A stretch of DNA of 61,603 bases, the filler included, from Globobulimina sp. (Eukaryota), in NCBI GenBank assembly GCA_003354225.1. It is 25 parts of 25 records of this genome, joined end to end, with 100 filler letters (N's around TTAATTAATTAA, not from the genome) between each part and the next. Parts side by side here need not be neighbours in the genome. Positions count along the whole stretch, not along the records: positions 9,883 to 12,252 come from PIVH01007100.1; positions 12,353 to 14,722 come from PIVH01007101.1; positions 14,823 to 17,192 come from PIVH01007102.1; positions 17,293 to 19,662 come from PIVH01007103.1; positions 19,763 to 22,131 come from PIVH01007104.1; positions 22,232 to 24,600 come from PIVH01007105.1; positions 24,701 to 27,069 come from PIVH01007106.1; 18 more parts are not named here. One strand, 5' to 3'. A program made the position numbers and the translations under genes. Positions 10,874-24,726 of this stretch are shown here, in pieces; positions within the stretch are counted from its first letter, which is position 1; each line of letters starts with the position of its first letter. The notes beneath the pieces are model-generated. The model saw only the letters and a list, made by a program, of their open reading frames with translations. It had not been told where the DNA came from and ran no database searches.

Positions 10874-12252
10874 TCAGTTTTTGTTATGTGGTGCAGACGG
10901 ATAATAATGAGGATTATATGATTGTTGATTATAAGACGAAGGTTCTTCCGGAGTATGCTTATTTTCTTTAAGACTTTCAAAATGTCGCGCTAAATTTCTC
11001 CGAGTCGCAAAATCCTTAATATTAAAGGGAGAATTTCTCAAATCATCTTTCCTCAAATCACATAATATTTTGCCACAATAAATATTCTCACTAATAAAGC
11101 CTTTACGTAATACAGTTAAATAATTATTATATGCGCCATTATCTAAACACGATATCCATTGTATCATCTGTCCAATGTTCCACTTTTCATAATAAGTCGT
11201 ATTTGGTCTCAAAAATTTTGATATACCGTTCTCGAGTTTACCTAAATGTTTATTGAATACTTTTAAACGGCTTTTTAATGCGTTGATATCATCAGAAACC
11301 ATCAACGATGTGGCTTGTTTTTCGAATTCCTTCGTTAACGTTTTTTGATTATACGCCATCTCAAAACTCGCCATCCGTCGTTCCAAGCATATCAGCGCTG
11401 TTTTTAAACCAAAGGAATCATTCTTTTCTTCGTCATTTTGCTTTTGCTCCATCAGCTATTTATATATTCATACATGTGCTATTCATAATATTTTATACAA
11501 TACATACTTCTGTGTCGCTGTCTGTCTCTTCTTCGCTATCATCAACTTGTGCGCTCACCAATTGATACTGCAATAATTGCACAGAACCCATATCTTTATC
11601 TTGTTCGCCCCATAAAAATGTTTTGCCATATAACGAGAGCGCCATTTTATAGCTCCGGTTGCTGTCAACATTCTTTTCGGCCACAGCCCATCGGCCGAGT
11701 TCGATATAGTCCTCAACTGTGTTTATCCGCTGTTTCTTCACGACTTCGAGAGAGATTTTGGAAAAGGATAACGCGGAGCCCTTTAACATCATAAATACAA
11801 TATCTCCGGAGTTGTATGGATCGCTGAAACCTTTGCCTGCTGTAATAATATGTGAATATAGTTTGCCATTGCTTTTATAGCCATAATTTACAGTGGCTTG
11901 CCCGTGAAAATATGTATTTGTATGATCTGCCGCAACCTCATTAATACCAATGGATACAGCCGGATATTTATCATGATGTTGCACTATAGCAATGGCCCAG
12001 AAATAGGTCTTATTTTTACGTGGTTTAATTTCAATTGAACCATAAGCTGTATTCCAACCAAATACTTTGCTGGAACGAGCATTGGTAATTATTGTATTAT
12101 TATTAGATGATGCCATTTTATCTCCAAATGTTGCAAAATATTCTTCATTCCCAAAATGAATGTGCTTCTCTAAACCAGTGAAATAAGATGCTAACGAAAC
12201 TGCCATATTCTGTTTATTATAAGACATGATCAAAATGTTAGTTGTTCTTTGC
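10874..12252 (-). CDS. SPRY/B30.2-like + coiled-coil + SAM domain protein, 2 exons (intron 11456-11507), 5'-truncated
   Basis: A phase-0 GTATGT..AAATAG intron joins ORF 11493-12233 (SPRY-like: YFWAIAI, SIGI, YGYKSNGKLY, YNSGDIV) to ORF 10874-11452 (SAM: WNIGQMIQWI..DLRKDDL..FNIKDFATRRNL). Confidence 0.75.
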
Positions 12253-12460
12253 NNNNNNNNNNNNNNNNNNNNNNNNNNNNNNNNNNNNNNNNNNNNTTAA
12301 TTAATTAANNNNNNNNNNNNNNNNNNNNNNNNNNNNNNNNNNNNNNNNNNNNCTCAACATCCTGAAGGAATGAGCAAAAATAAAGTTTACCACGTGAATG
12401 GTGGCTAAAAGTTATCTTATATCACCAAGTATCATTTGTTTTGCACATTAATGCAATAAG

Positions 12461-12715
12461 CATAATAATTTTGCGTCTGGAGAAGAAAATGGCTGTGTTG
12501 AGAAAAAAAATAAGGGAATGATCATGCAAATTGATGCTGAATTTCGAGAGTCGTTTGGCAGTATTTGCTGCGATGTGTCCTGGATTTCTAAATTTAAAGA
12601 TGAGTTTGAAGTTTTAATTGCAAGAGGTATTGATAACACAAATAATAATTTTGATATGAGAGTTATTGACCAGAAGGATGAAATGCAAACAGTGTTGTTG
12701 ACAAAACATGACTGA
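12461..12715 (+). CDS. C-terminal exon of an ADP-ribosyltransferase-like protein
   Basis: GMIMQI...CCDVSWISKFKDEFEVLIAR, paralogous to the motif in 54307-56527. Confidence 0.55.
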   Translation, partial: HNNFASGEENGCVEKKNKGMIMQIDAEFRESFGSICCDVSWISKFKDEFEVLIARGIDNTNNNFDMRVIDQKDEMQTVLLTKHD

Positions 12716-12809
12716 CCATAAAAGTAATTAACTTCATACAATTAATCATATCAATTCCTTCTTTTTAATGGTGAAAAGAGTCAAAAAAACAAAATCTTTA
12801 TAAATAACA

Positions 12810-13887
12810 ATGGCTCTTTGGTGGGTGTTAAATAGTCTGAGTTTTATTGTATTTGTGGTAACAGCACCATTGAATGTTTATTATTTATACGTATTAATGA
12901 AAAATAAACCAAATACAGCGGTGTCTGATTCGTCAAAATCACCAAATGATGTACATATAAACACATATAGAAGTAGTATTTGTGGTATTATCTGTTTTGT
13001 GATATCGTCTGTTTCCTACATACCGATGTTTATAGCATACTTTATATATTATTCTTCATTGGAAGCCTCTGAGAGAGATAATACCAAACCTTTTTTTATT
13101 GTACTATGGGATGCATTTAATTTATTATTGTATGTCTCCGGTATTTGGGTGATGTTATTTACATTTCTTTTGCGAATTGATCATGCATTCAAATCACCAA
13201 ATAATGCGCATTTAGCGTTTCCGCCATGGTTTATTCGGTCTTTGTATATTTATGTGATAACAATTGGCGTCGTCATGTTAATCACCACCATATTGTATGC
13301 AATGGGAATGCAACTCATTGTTGGTATCGTTACCCCATTGTGTACGTTTATGATTATTAGCTATGATCTCATTTTGTTATATATATTATTTAGGTATATA
13401 TCTTATATATTTTTTTGAATTATTACTGCTCAGTACATGCTTTGTCTGTTGTCTCAGTAAATTATTTAGGATTTTCGCAGTCCGCGGAACAGCAAACCTG
13501 GAAACGAAAACTGATAATAATAATGATATCAATTCAGCGATTATTGAATTAGACACATTACAAACAACAACGAGATATTCAGCATTGATTTTATTGGGAG
13601 TAATATCAACATTTATATTTGCGACTTTATTGGCTGTCGAGCGACCTTTAGTGGAAGTAATTGATTTACCCGGCGGTGTTTGGATTGGTTTGGACATTTA
13701 TATCAATGCAACTGCCTTGTTTTTAATGTTTGCTGTTAACAAAGAAAAATACGAGAAATATTGTTCAAAATATCATTTATGTCTACTTTCATGTTGTATT
13801 AATTGTACATATAAAGGAACCGTTACAACACAAAAAACAAAAGAAGAATATGTGAATCTCGTTTTAAACGATTCTGTTGTTTTATAA
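12810..13887 (+). CDS. Orphan 7-TM (GPCR-like) membrane protein, 2 exons (intron 13394-13457)
   Basis: About 7 hydrophobic segments across two ORFs joined by a GT..AG intron (LF-S-KLF). Ends with LFLMF..KYEKYCSKYH..CC. Confidence 0.7.
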
Positions 13888-14095
13888 TTTGAATATGAAG
13901 AAATACACCACCATTAGCATGAAATTACCGTTTTATTTTTTTCCTGTTTTGCTTCTAATAATGGCAACGTGATAAATAATGGCAACTGTACACTTTTTAA
14001 AATTGCCAATATCCCTAAAACCAGCAATGATATAATTTACGGCTTTCCGTTAGAACCTGGTTTTTATGAATATTGTCAGGTGTAAAAACACGAAA

Positions 14096-14722
14096 CTACC
14101 AAGGTTGCAACGCCAACACATTATCAATCAACACATGCAATCTGTTATTTGTATCAACCCAACCATAGAAATACGCTTTTCTTGCACCTCCATCCATTAT
14201 CCCACCACCACCGTGCTTATCCATCAATTTCTTCAATTCCCTCCATTTTTTGCGTTGCTTTGTCTTATTAATAAACACCATATACTTCCTACTCTTATCA
14301 TAAACCAATAACTTATCTCTAGTCTCTCTCTGAGTGTTTGATTGTATTTTAATCACAAATTTTTCATTCAATTTCGATTTATTCTTGACACTTTTCCCAT
14401 ATTTCTTTGTCTGTTTCTCATACCGTTTCCGTCTTTTTCCCTGATATTTTTTGCGATGTTTCTCAATGCCGGTTAGGTTTAACATTTCTGAAATGTCCTC
14501 ACTGCGTTGAGTATAGACAGAGGCTATGGGCTGCACCAATCCCTGAGCAGATTCTACGGTAAATGCCAACTCTTTCGCTTTAACTTGATTCAACCCCATT
14601 TTATTGCGATTTTTTTTACATTTCTTTTTATGTTTTGACCAATATTTCTTTTGACATTCATGACTGCAGTATCTCTCCACACCTTTACATTTCTGACATT
14701 GATACATTTTTTTTATTTTGGA
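14096..14722 (-). CDS. MYND zinc-finger protein, 5'-truncated
   Basis: CQKCK...YCSHECQKKYWSKHKKKC is the C-terminal half of zf-MYND. Confidence 0.8.
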   Translation of the reverse strand, partial: SKIKKMYQCQKCKGVERYCSHECQKKYWSKHKKKCKKNRNKMGLNQVKAKELAFTVESAQGLVQPIASVYTQRSEDISEMLNLTGIEKHRKKYQGKRRKRYEKQTKKYGKSVKNKSKLNEKFVIKIQSNTQRETRDKLLVYDKSRKYMVFINKTKQRKKWRELKKLMDKHGGGGIMDGGARKAYFYGWVDTNNRLHVLIDNVLALQPW

Positions 14723-14822
14723 NNNNNNNNNNNNNNNNNNNNNNNNNNNNNNNNNNNNNNNNNNNNTTAATTAATTAANNNNNNNNNNNNNNNNNNNNNN
14801 NNNNNNNNNNNNNNNNNNNNNN

Positions 14823-17192
14823 ATACTGTGCTAATTTTGCATTATATTCATTTTCAAAATGTTCCCGTACAGAATTTGCCATTCTATTTACAATATGCAT
14901 CAAATGCGATATCCCTTCGACCTCAAAGTATTCTGATTTAGGTCCACCAACATCCGCACCCGGATTATCATAATCTGCTTTCTTTAATTCCGTACCTAAA
15001 ATACGTTTGGTTGGATATGATTCATTTGTCACTAATCTCAAACTGGTATCCCTTTGTAACAACAAATTAAATGATTCCTTCAATTCATAACATTGTTGAA
15101 ATAACCGCGAACTGGCAAATATATATAAACCTAATTTCGATCGTGACAACGACACAATTAATCTTCGCACATCGCGCAAATATCCAACAGAGCGCGTCCG
15201 CACCAATGACAGCAAAATATATTCATTTTGCGATCCTTGATATTTATCCACTGTGCTAATCTTATGCGGTGCGCCAAACAAGGGATCATTGACACATTTC
15301 TTATTTATAATCTCTTTCAATAACTGTTTCTGTCCATTATACGTGGTTAAAATTGAAATTTTCGCGCTTGGATACCCTAATAATCTCATGTACATATAAC
15401 AATTTACAACATACTCTGCTTCATCTAGATTTTGATAAAAATACGGATTTGGCTGAAATTCGCCTTTTGACAGCACATTGTCCACATTTATTAACTGATA
15501 ATCGTAATAAAATCCTGTATTTGCAGCTAAATATTCATTTTGTTTGACACAGCGTAAATCTCCCATTTTATATGGATACCGCCAGGACCACAAAGCGCGG
15601 ATATTTGGCCTGCAACGTCCTTGCATATTTAACAAATGATAGGGTATTCCCAAACGTATTAATCTGTGGAATAAGGACTGATCCAATTTGCTGTATCGCG
15701 CAAAGGTTCTATTCTTTATAATTGGCGGTAATTGATAATGATCCCCGATTAATATTATTCGTTTTAAGCGCTGATTGTTTTTCTGTAAGCCACCCATTGG
15801 AATAAATGTTTCAATGTCTAATATCTGTCCGGATTCCTCCATTATCAACGTATCAAATTCAAATTTATATTTCAAAAATTGATCTCTTTTGATGGCCGCA
15901 TGGGTCGTGGTCATAGCCACGATCTTTGCTTTCCGTGTTAACAAATATTGTGATCTGTCTTTGGTGGTACGCAATAATTCAAACACATGGCATTGCTTTA
16001 TATCGTCAAATATGTTTAAAATGTATGCCCAGTATTTATAGGCCAATGCTTTGTTATATGAATAGCTTTCATTCTGCATAAAGGGCGATATTATATTATC
16101 ATTGTCGTATAAGGATTGTATCTTTGAAATGAACATTTTGAATGGAAATAGTGTATCAACTATTTTGTTGATGGATATATTTTGATATACATTTTTTGAA
16201 TTGTTTACAGAGATAAATTCTGTAATAACAAAATCATTTTTGTTCAATTTATCAGCATATTTACCTTCAATTTCGTCCAGTTCATCTTGGAAATCTTCCC
16301 ACAAACTCATCAATTTCATGTTTTTAAAATGTGCGCAAGTTTCTGCAGTGTGACAATAACCAGTTGTATTGGACGAGATATTCAGTGTTGATTCCAAGAA
16401 TTGTGCGATTTGTAACTTATTCTTCCGTTCATTTAACATATAATCAATCCTCCCTTTAGTGGAGAAATTAAATTTTGCGTCTTGGTTGTTATTTTCCTGC
16501 AATTTTTTATATCCATAACCTAACCGCAGCATATGTCTGTGGTCAATATCTGTTTTCGTGATTAATTTCTCAAATAAATCATTCAATGCCATGTTACTGT
16601 GCGTTACTAATAAAATCCTTTCATTTTCACCAAAATTAAAATACAAATTATTTATAATCTGCACAGCTACATCAGTCTTACCACTGCCTGGAGGCCTTTG
16701 GTCATCACAAAACATTGATTTATAAATCAGAAAATATAAAATCAAAAAAAACAAAGATAACATACCCAACAACCATGGTCAGACCATAATGCATTCCACT
16801 CTTAATGGCCTCGACTTGTATCGGTGTATATCGCACTGTATTTTTCCTACTGTCACCACCACCAAATCCATCATGCTTTGTATCATAATACGGCTCTACA
16901 ATCACAACATCATCCTCATCAATGTCCATCTCTTTATTACTCAATGCAGCCTCTAATATCATTTCATAATTTGGTGTTTTTATCTTTTTTTTGTGAAACC
17001 ACAGCCTGAAATATCCACTATTTTTATATTTCATATTGTCGCCAATGTCCAACAATTTCACCGTTTTCCCTACAAACGCCTCCTTCAAATGTTGAAAGTC
17101 AATAAAACAATCAGTGAAATCCAAACAGTAATAATCATTTACAATCTCCTTATAACCCTTCACAACATCACCATTCACCACATCACCATCAC
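14823..17192 (-). CDS. AQR: Intron-binding spliceosomal helicase Aquarius (internal fragment; intron 16696-16765)
   Basis: KNTVRYTPIQVEAIKSGM..GLTMVVG|PPGSGKTDVAVQII, LVTHSNMALNDLFEK, MEESGQILDIETFIP, YQNLDEAEY and TVDKYQGSQNEY. Confidence 0.95.
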
Positions 17193-17292
17193 NNNNNNNN
17201 NNNNNNNNNNNNNNNNNNNNNNNNNNNNNNNNNNNNTTAATTAATTAANNNNNNNNNNNNNNNNNNNNNNNNNNNNNNNNNNNNNNNNNNNN

Positions 17293-19662
17293 CAAAGCAA
17301 AACATTTGCAAACAACGCAAACAACAAAAAGAACAAAGAAAAACAGAAAAAAGTGGCAAAAAATGGCAAATATTCGGCAGAATGGATCCGCGAAAAGGCG
17401 CAACATATCGCAATGATGAAATTGCAGGTAATTTGTATAAATTTTGTGTTTGTAAATAATATAACTAACAAATTTACAGTTTTGCCATCACGAAAATGCG
17501 GATTTAATGGATGTCGAAACATTGACATTGCAAATATTGGAATTGATCCACAACCCGCAATTTTCGGATATTTCCTTACAATCACAATTTACGGATTTAT
17601 TAGGCATCGATTCCTTTGATTTGATCACCGAATTAATACGAAACAGATCGGTTATTATAAAGTCGACGTCGCGATTTATGAATTATAAGCAAATGAAAAG
17701 CAACAAAAACATTGCAATTCCACAACAACGCAGCACAGAAAGCGGCGGACCGTTTGGAGCCAGTTTTAGCATCAAAACAGAGTCACAATGCAAAGCCGAC
17801 AAACACCGCAACAAAAAGAACAAGAAAAAAAACAAGAAATCCGGCCAAAGGAAAAAGGCGGCGCAGCACAGAAAAGATGAGGTCATAAACACAAAAAACC
17901 GGCAACACGAAAATTATAAACGGACCATGAAATTAATGGGTTACACTCCGAAAAATAGCACGACAGACTCGGACAAACAAAGCTTGCCATCCAACACAAC
18001 CACCACCACTCACAAAATGGCCACGGGGACTTGGCAGGAAATACATATTCCGGCGCCGGACCAAAAGGTATTGGACGGCATTAAGCAGCAAAAAGTGGTG
18101 AAGATAGCGCAGTGTTTCCCTGTCTGGGCACAATTAGCTTTTGTCCCGTTTGGCATCGACGAGTTGAATCCGATGCAGTCGCAGTGCTTCGAGAAGGCCT
18201 TCCATTCCAATGTCAATCTATTAATATGTGCGCCGACGGGAGCGGGCAAAACGAACGTTGCCATCATAGCGACTCTGCGCGAAATCGGACTGAATCTGAA
18301 AAACGGAGTGCTGGCCAAAGCGGACAAATTCAAAATAATTTACGTGGCTCCGATGAAGGCGTTGGCGCAGGAAATTGTGCGCAAATTCGGCACTCGATTG
18401 AAGTGCTTAGGCATTGTTTGTAGAGAGCTGACCGGCGATATGCAATTAACAAAGAGCGAAATCGCAGAGACGCATATTATTGTCACGACGCCGGAGAAAT
18501 GGGACATAATCACGCGGAAATCCGACGAGGTGGTCAAGATCGTAAAGTTACTGATTTTGGACGAAGTGCATTTGTTGCAAGACGACCGAGGCAGTGTCAT
18601 CGAGGCCATTGTGGCGCGGACAACGCGTTTGGTGGAATCCGCGCAAACAATGATACGCATCGTCGGATTGTCGGCGACTTTGCCAAATTACATCGACGTG
18701 GCGGCCTTTTTGAAGGCGGAGAACGGAGTGTGTTATTTCGACGATTCTTACCGCCCCGTCCCATTAAGCAAGGCCTTTATCGGCGTGGCGGACGCCAACA
18801 ACCTGCGAGCGAGGAATATGATGAATGAGGTCTGTTTCCTCAAAGTGGAGAAAGCAGTGATGGCGGGACACCAAGTTATGGTTTTTGTGCATTCGCGAAA
18901 AGACACGCTGCGAACTGCGCAATTTCTGCGCGAAAAGTTCCAGGAACACGATGAGTGCCAATATGTCGATCCAGATAAGACTGTCCACGGCGTGCAGTTG
19001 GACAAAATCGCCAAGAAATCGAGAGTGCCCTCGGAATTGTTCCATTTATTGATCCATGGCTTCGGCACTCACCACGCCGGCATGCGGCGGGAGAACCGGC
19101 GCGTTGTGGAGCAGGCGTTTCTGAGCGGAGTGGTGTCTGTGCTGTGCTGCACTGCGACGCTTGCGTGGGGCGTAAATTTGCCGGCTCACACCGTCATCAT
19201 TAAAGGCACCACCATCTACGACACCAAACGCGGCGGTTTCGTCGACGTCTCCATATTGGACGTCATGCAAATATTTGGGCGAGCGGGGCGGCCGCAATTC
19301 GACAAAGTGGGCGGCGGCGAAGCCTTTGTCATTACACAGCAAAAGAGGTTAAGGCATTTTGTGTCGGCCATGACCAATTCGGTGCCGATTGAGTCGAAGT
19401 TCCATACGGATTTAGCCAACCATTTGAATGCGGAGATCGTGCTGGGTTCAGTCACAAATATGACGGAAGCCATCCAGTGGCTGCAATATACGTATTTGTA
19501 CGTTCGATTAATTCGCTCTCCCTCCAAATACATCGACACCACCTCCGACTTCTTCACCGCGTATCGCAACGACCCGTTTTTCACTGCAAAGCTGCGCGAA
19601 ATGTTGGAAGAGGCCGCCGTGGAATTGGCCAAAATGAAGATGTCCCGCTTTGACAGCGGCGA
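17293..19662 (+). CDS. ASCC3: Ski2-like helicase ASCC3/Slh1 (internal fragment; intron 17428-17479)
   Basis: LLICAPTGAGKT, YVAPMKALAQE, RELTGDMQL, DEVH and KRGGFVDVSILDVMQIFGRAGRPQFD (ASCC3-type rather than Brr2). The intron has an ACTAAC branch site. Confidence 0.88.
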
Positions 19663-20909
19663 NNNNNNNNNNNNNNNNNNNNNNNNNNNNNNNNNNNNNN
19701 NNNNNNTTAATTAATTAANNNNNNNNNNNNNNNNNNNNNNNNNNNNNNNNNNNNNNNNNNNNCAATTATGTATAACTAAAGAGCGCTATGAATTGAAACA
19801 AGACAAAAACAATTGTTTCAATTCGATTTGTCAGGATGTTGAGAGGATGTTGAGGTTTTAAATCTGCACTCCTCATATATTCATGCATGAACAATTATAA
19901 ACAAATAAAAATCGGAATATCGATCCTCAGTGCTCACCGATGATGAAAGTCTCAAACATTAATAATTTATAAAGAGAATAGTATTATTGTGAAGCAGTGT
20001 CATTACTCATTCACGAAATAATGTGACAAAGAATTGATAACTTACATATTTACATCGTGGTATCATGACAATGATGACGGAATAAAATGCTATAAACGAA
20101 GCTTCGATTGATATGAATAATATATGCATTGTCATATATTTTTAATAAATAAGAGCAACAATGTTTAGTTTTTTTGTATCCCAACATGATGCTGTAATAT
20201 ACAAATGCTGTAATATACAAATGTAGATATTAGGTATACAATAAGTACATTAATAGTTGTACCTCGTTTCTGTTGTACCTTTGATAATTAATATGGCAAC
20301 ATCCGATATTCACCACCGATTCCAAATGTATTCAATAATCTGAATGTATTATCATTTGTGGACAGAAAACAAAATAAAGTGCAGAATATTGATAACTTAT
20401 TTACAAAAAATGAAAATTAATACTGATTCAGTTTTGAAACAAGCTAAAAAAACATTACCTAAATGCGAGTACGTCCAAAGTATGTAAGCTAAAAAAACGT
20501 TTCTGGCGCAAGAGTGTTAATTTGTTTTCGAACATGCAAAGTCTGACTGCGTGTTTTTAGTACTTTACGTATTTCGCGGATTCGACAATTCGACAATTAA
20601 TTTAAAACTGAATTAAAATTGAATTAACATTGAATTAACAAAGAGGATACGAAGAAAAATAAACCACCCAATATTATGAAAGAAATCATCAAACAAAGAC
20701 AGCAAAAAAATATGAATGCAACACCAATGATACAATATGTTACAAACAAAGCACAACAACAAAAAAGCAAACAAACAAACAACTGAAAGAAATTAGACTC
20801 AAAAACATCCGTAAAAAAAACAGAAACAATACTTTATTATCATGCATTATCCAACATTGCATTATCCAACATAAAAAAAGTAAATAATGTATGAGGAAAA
20901 TATTAACAG

Positions 20910-21757
20910 TTATTTACGTGATTTAAATCTCATAAAATGTCGACGACGCCCAGCCATTATTTGTTTAACAATGTGAACATCGGTATGTTTTCTAACAGCA
21001 CGCGTGATTACTTTTAATTGTCTGGCCTGGAATTTCATTGATGGCTTACTGACCATTTTGCATCTTTCTAATAAAAATTTAATCTTTTTACCAGAACCGA
21101 ATATTGTTTTTGCTGCTTTGCTTAAAGCATTATATTCAGCCATTCCATCGCCAATCGAATATATGAGGGGAATGTCACATGTCTCTGCACCGCGGTATGG
21201 ATCATAAAGACCAGTCAAAGGATCTTCAGCGCAATAAATGTCTTTCAAATATGTCCGGATGGTGCTGTGTTTATATATAATTATTTTGATATTAATATAT
21301 GTACAGATGACAGATGAAATACATACTGTTCTTTTGCCAAAGCCAATGGGAATTTACGCATCCGATTTCTATTGTATTTATTCAATTTATTCCATCGATC
21401 TCGTGCTGATATTATCTGGATTCTATTCACGCCAATTTCAGGAACTAAGGGTGATAATATATCTCTATATATCTGTCCATATCGGCCCGAAAAAAAGCCA
21501 GTTATTCTGCTCAAATTAGAATTGGTAATAATAGCAATGTTTGCGTCTTTAAACATTGGCGAGCGTACTAATGCCAATCCAGCTGCGACTATTTCTTTTA
21601 ATGCTGCGATTGTGCGCTCATTGGGTGTATTCTCGACCCTTCTCTCTGTTAATTTTAATTTGGTTAATTGCCAGGTTGGGAATAAGGTATCGTCCCAGTC
21701 GATTATTACTGTTCTAATCACATTATAAGTTTGTTCAGCACGGGCGGTGTTAGACAT
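20910..21757 (-). CDS. HAD-superfamily hydrolase-like protein, 2 exons (intron 21265-21326)
   Basis: IIDWDDTLFPT (motif I), IITNS (motif II), IISARD and SIGDG..EY (motif IV). A GTATGT..CAG intron joins the two ORFs. Confidence 0.75.
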
Positions 21758-22231
21758 GATGGTTTTTAGTGAGTGAGGTGAGGAAGAGAGGAGATGAGAA
21801 AGTTGTGATGAAGTAAAATCTTTTTTTTACTGAAGTTCATTGCCAACATCGATGGATTGTTTTAAACATTAAAAAATAAAACACGAAGAGTATATTGACA
21901 ACCTCAGAAAATACGTTTCTTTATGTAACTGAAACGTGTTATTAAATATTAAATATCCAGCTCTCCACACTTAAAAACATTTTCTTTTTAATAGTACATA
22001 GACAGATTTTAGTGATGCATGTTTTGTCAGGTAATCCATCATCAGAAATAAGCACACGTTCATTAATTTATCCAAATGACAACGAAAATCAATCATTTGC
22101 TTCCTACTCCGAATTGTATAGCACAGAAAATNNNNNNNNNNNNNNNNNNNNNNNNNNNNNNNNNNNNNNNNNNNNTTAATTAATTAANNNNNNNNNNNNN
22201 NNNNNNNNNNNNNNNNNNNNNNNNNNNNNNN

Positions 22232-24600
22232 CATTTCAATGTATTTGTAATCGGGAATAGTAACTTGAATAAATGCGCCGTCATTGCCCCCTTCGAAATT
22301 AATCAACAACAAATCATTGATGTTTAATAGTGGAGATATGACAGAAATATTCGCCGTTTTAAGTGTAAAAGAATGCTCATAATTTAATGAAAATAATAAG
22401 ATATCATTTGGTGCAAATACCTGATTATGTAATGTCAAATTAACTGCATTTGTAAAAAAATTCCATTCGGAGCCATAATTATTAGATCCAATAGAAACAG
22501 ATTGAATTTGTGAATGATTGCCAAAGTGAGTATAATTTGTAATTAAACTCTGTCCCAAATGTGCGCCATTGCCAATTTCTAATTTATTTTCATTCCAATA
22601 AATCCAAAATAAATATGGCAACGAAGCATCATAGCCAGAATATTTCGAACAATATACATACTGCGAATTTTTCATCATTACAATGTGGTCAGTTACGCCG
22701 CGATTATCGTCGCAGAGATCTTTTACCGATTCTTTGCTATATTCAATGATAAAAATATCGCTTTTCATTTGAAATTCAATCCATGTCTCACCAAAGGAAG
22801 ATATATTAAACATTAAATATTTATTATTCCATAGATATTTTGGAAGGAATTTCTCTGTCATTCGGAGTAAATTATATTTAATATTATGTGCCAATATATG
22901 TGAAGATATATTATATTTGTTAATTATTTGCATGTCGCATACTTGCGAGGTATTATAGTCATAAAATATCCATTGACTGACATGAATGGAATCGATCCAT
23001 AAATATTGCAATGAAGCTGACGCATTGTAACTGTGGTCATAATCAAATGAAAATATAATATCATCATCATTGCCAATTAAATTACCAATTCCTATTTTGA
23101 GATTGTTGTTATCGAACGAGGTGATCCATATATCCACCCAATCAGTGATTGTATCGTCTGACAACTCAGGGATAATAAATTCCGCATCAACTCCATAGCC
23201 ATCTGCATCACATTTGAACAGTGCTTCATAGCCATAAACCAATGTTTTTCCATCCAACGCCTTGTAAACATGCTACGTGTGCACAGAAGTCATGCTTTGT
23301 AGTCAAAGTAAAAAAAACCTCAAAAAACAATGTCACTTAACTTGGGTATTATCCCTCGCGAGTCGACAAATATCGGCCATGTATGCATTATCAGGCTCAG
23401 CAAATGATATTTTATATCGATTATCACTCGATATATCAATATCAACTTTAATTCCATAAGGTTGCGATGATGAGACTTTTGCGTTTCGCTCATGATCACC
23501 AATCATAAATCCATTGCCTCGTTCACCAAATGTCACGTATAAATTTAACTCGTTATATATTTTTTGTGTTTTATAATTATAATACCATATTTGTCCCAGA
23601 CCATGACAATTCCAAAATAAATCCATCTCTGCGTCATATAATCCATGCTCATAACAGCAATAATCACTGTCGCTGTCTATAAATGCACCAAATGTGATAT
23701 CTAAATAGCAATTTGTTTCATCGTCGCGGATCCTAAAATGTGTGGGTAATATGATGGATGCAATGGCACCGTCACTATTGTTAAATACATAGATTTGTTG
23801 TTTGGAGACCTCAAATTCTATGGACCACCACCACTGATTATCGATATTAAAATTATTATTGTTGTTTTTGCGTACTGTATTCCAATATGATAAATAAATT
23901 TGGGGCGAATTATCCATTTCGCTCTCGGTTCTCACAGAAAACGCAATGAAATCATCAGTCATTGTGCTCAATGTATCAATTTGACTTTTACTGTTGGAGT
24001 GCGTATAATGTCTTTGACAAAATAAATCTAAATCTTTATTAATATAATTGACGTCGCCTTGTATGGCTGTTGTTGTGTTATAAAAAGAATAAAAAATCCA
24101 CTTCGATGCTGCCAATGACGATATTTGTATGTTAGAAATAGAATTTGTATCAAACTCTGCGTCTTTATATGTATATATTAGTCCGTTACCAATATGTTCC
24201 CCATTGCCAAATAATAATTGATTGCCATCCTTCCACCACATCCAAAAGGTCCAATTCAATGATAAATCATAATCAGAATGTGTGCAATATATATGTTCTA
24301 CAATATTTTCATCCAAATCGGAGATTTCTTTTGTAATTAAAATCGCTTTCTGTGAGTCTGACTGCGTGTAATTATTGCATTCATTTGATTGGAATATAAT
24401 ATTTAATGATTCGTTTTTCATTCCATTCATTTGTACTTTGATATGTACGCTATCCATGCAATCCACTCCAAACATTAAATACTTACAATCTCGCCATAAA
24501 TTGGCATCCACTGCATATAACTCGTTATCATATGTATTAATATTAAATTGATGCGAAGATACCACTTCATGTGCATCCATAATATTAATTATATCGAAGT
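22232..24600 (-). CDS. Large repeat protein with tandem farnesoic-acid-O-methyltransferase-like (Methyltransf_FA) beta domains; intron 23273-23341; truncated at both ends
   Basis: Three copies of FW[I/M]xW..N.L.[I/F]G.G..IG..LI..Y...I..+.I.S....WxF. A phase-0 intron joins the two ORFs. Confidence 0.6.
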
Positions 24601-24726
24601 NNNNNNNNNNNNNNNNNNNNNNNNNNNNNNNNNNNNNNNNNNNNTTAATTAATTAANNNNNNNNNNNNNNNNNNNNNNNNNNNNNNNNNNNNNNNNNNNN
24701 TTTTATTTTCTCTCTTTTTGCGCGCG

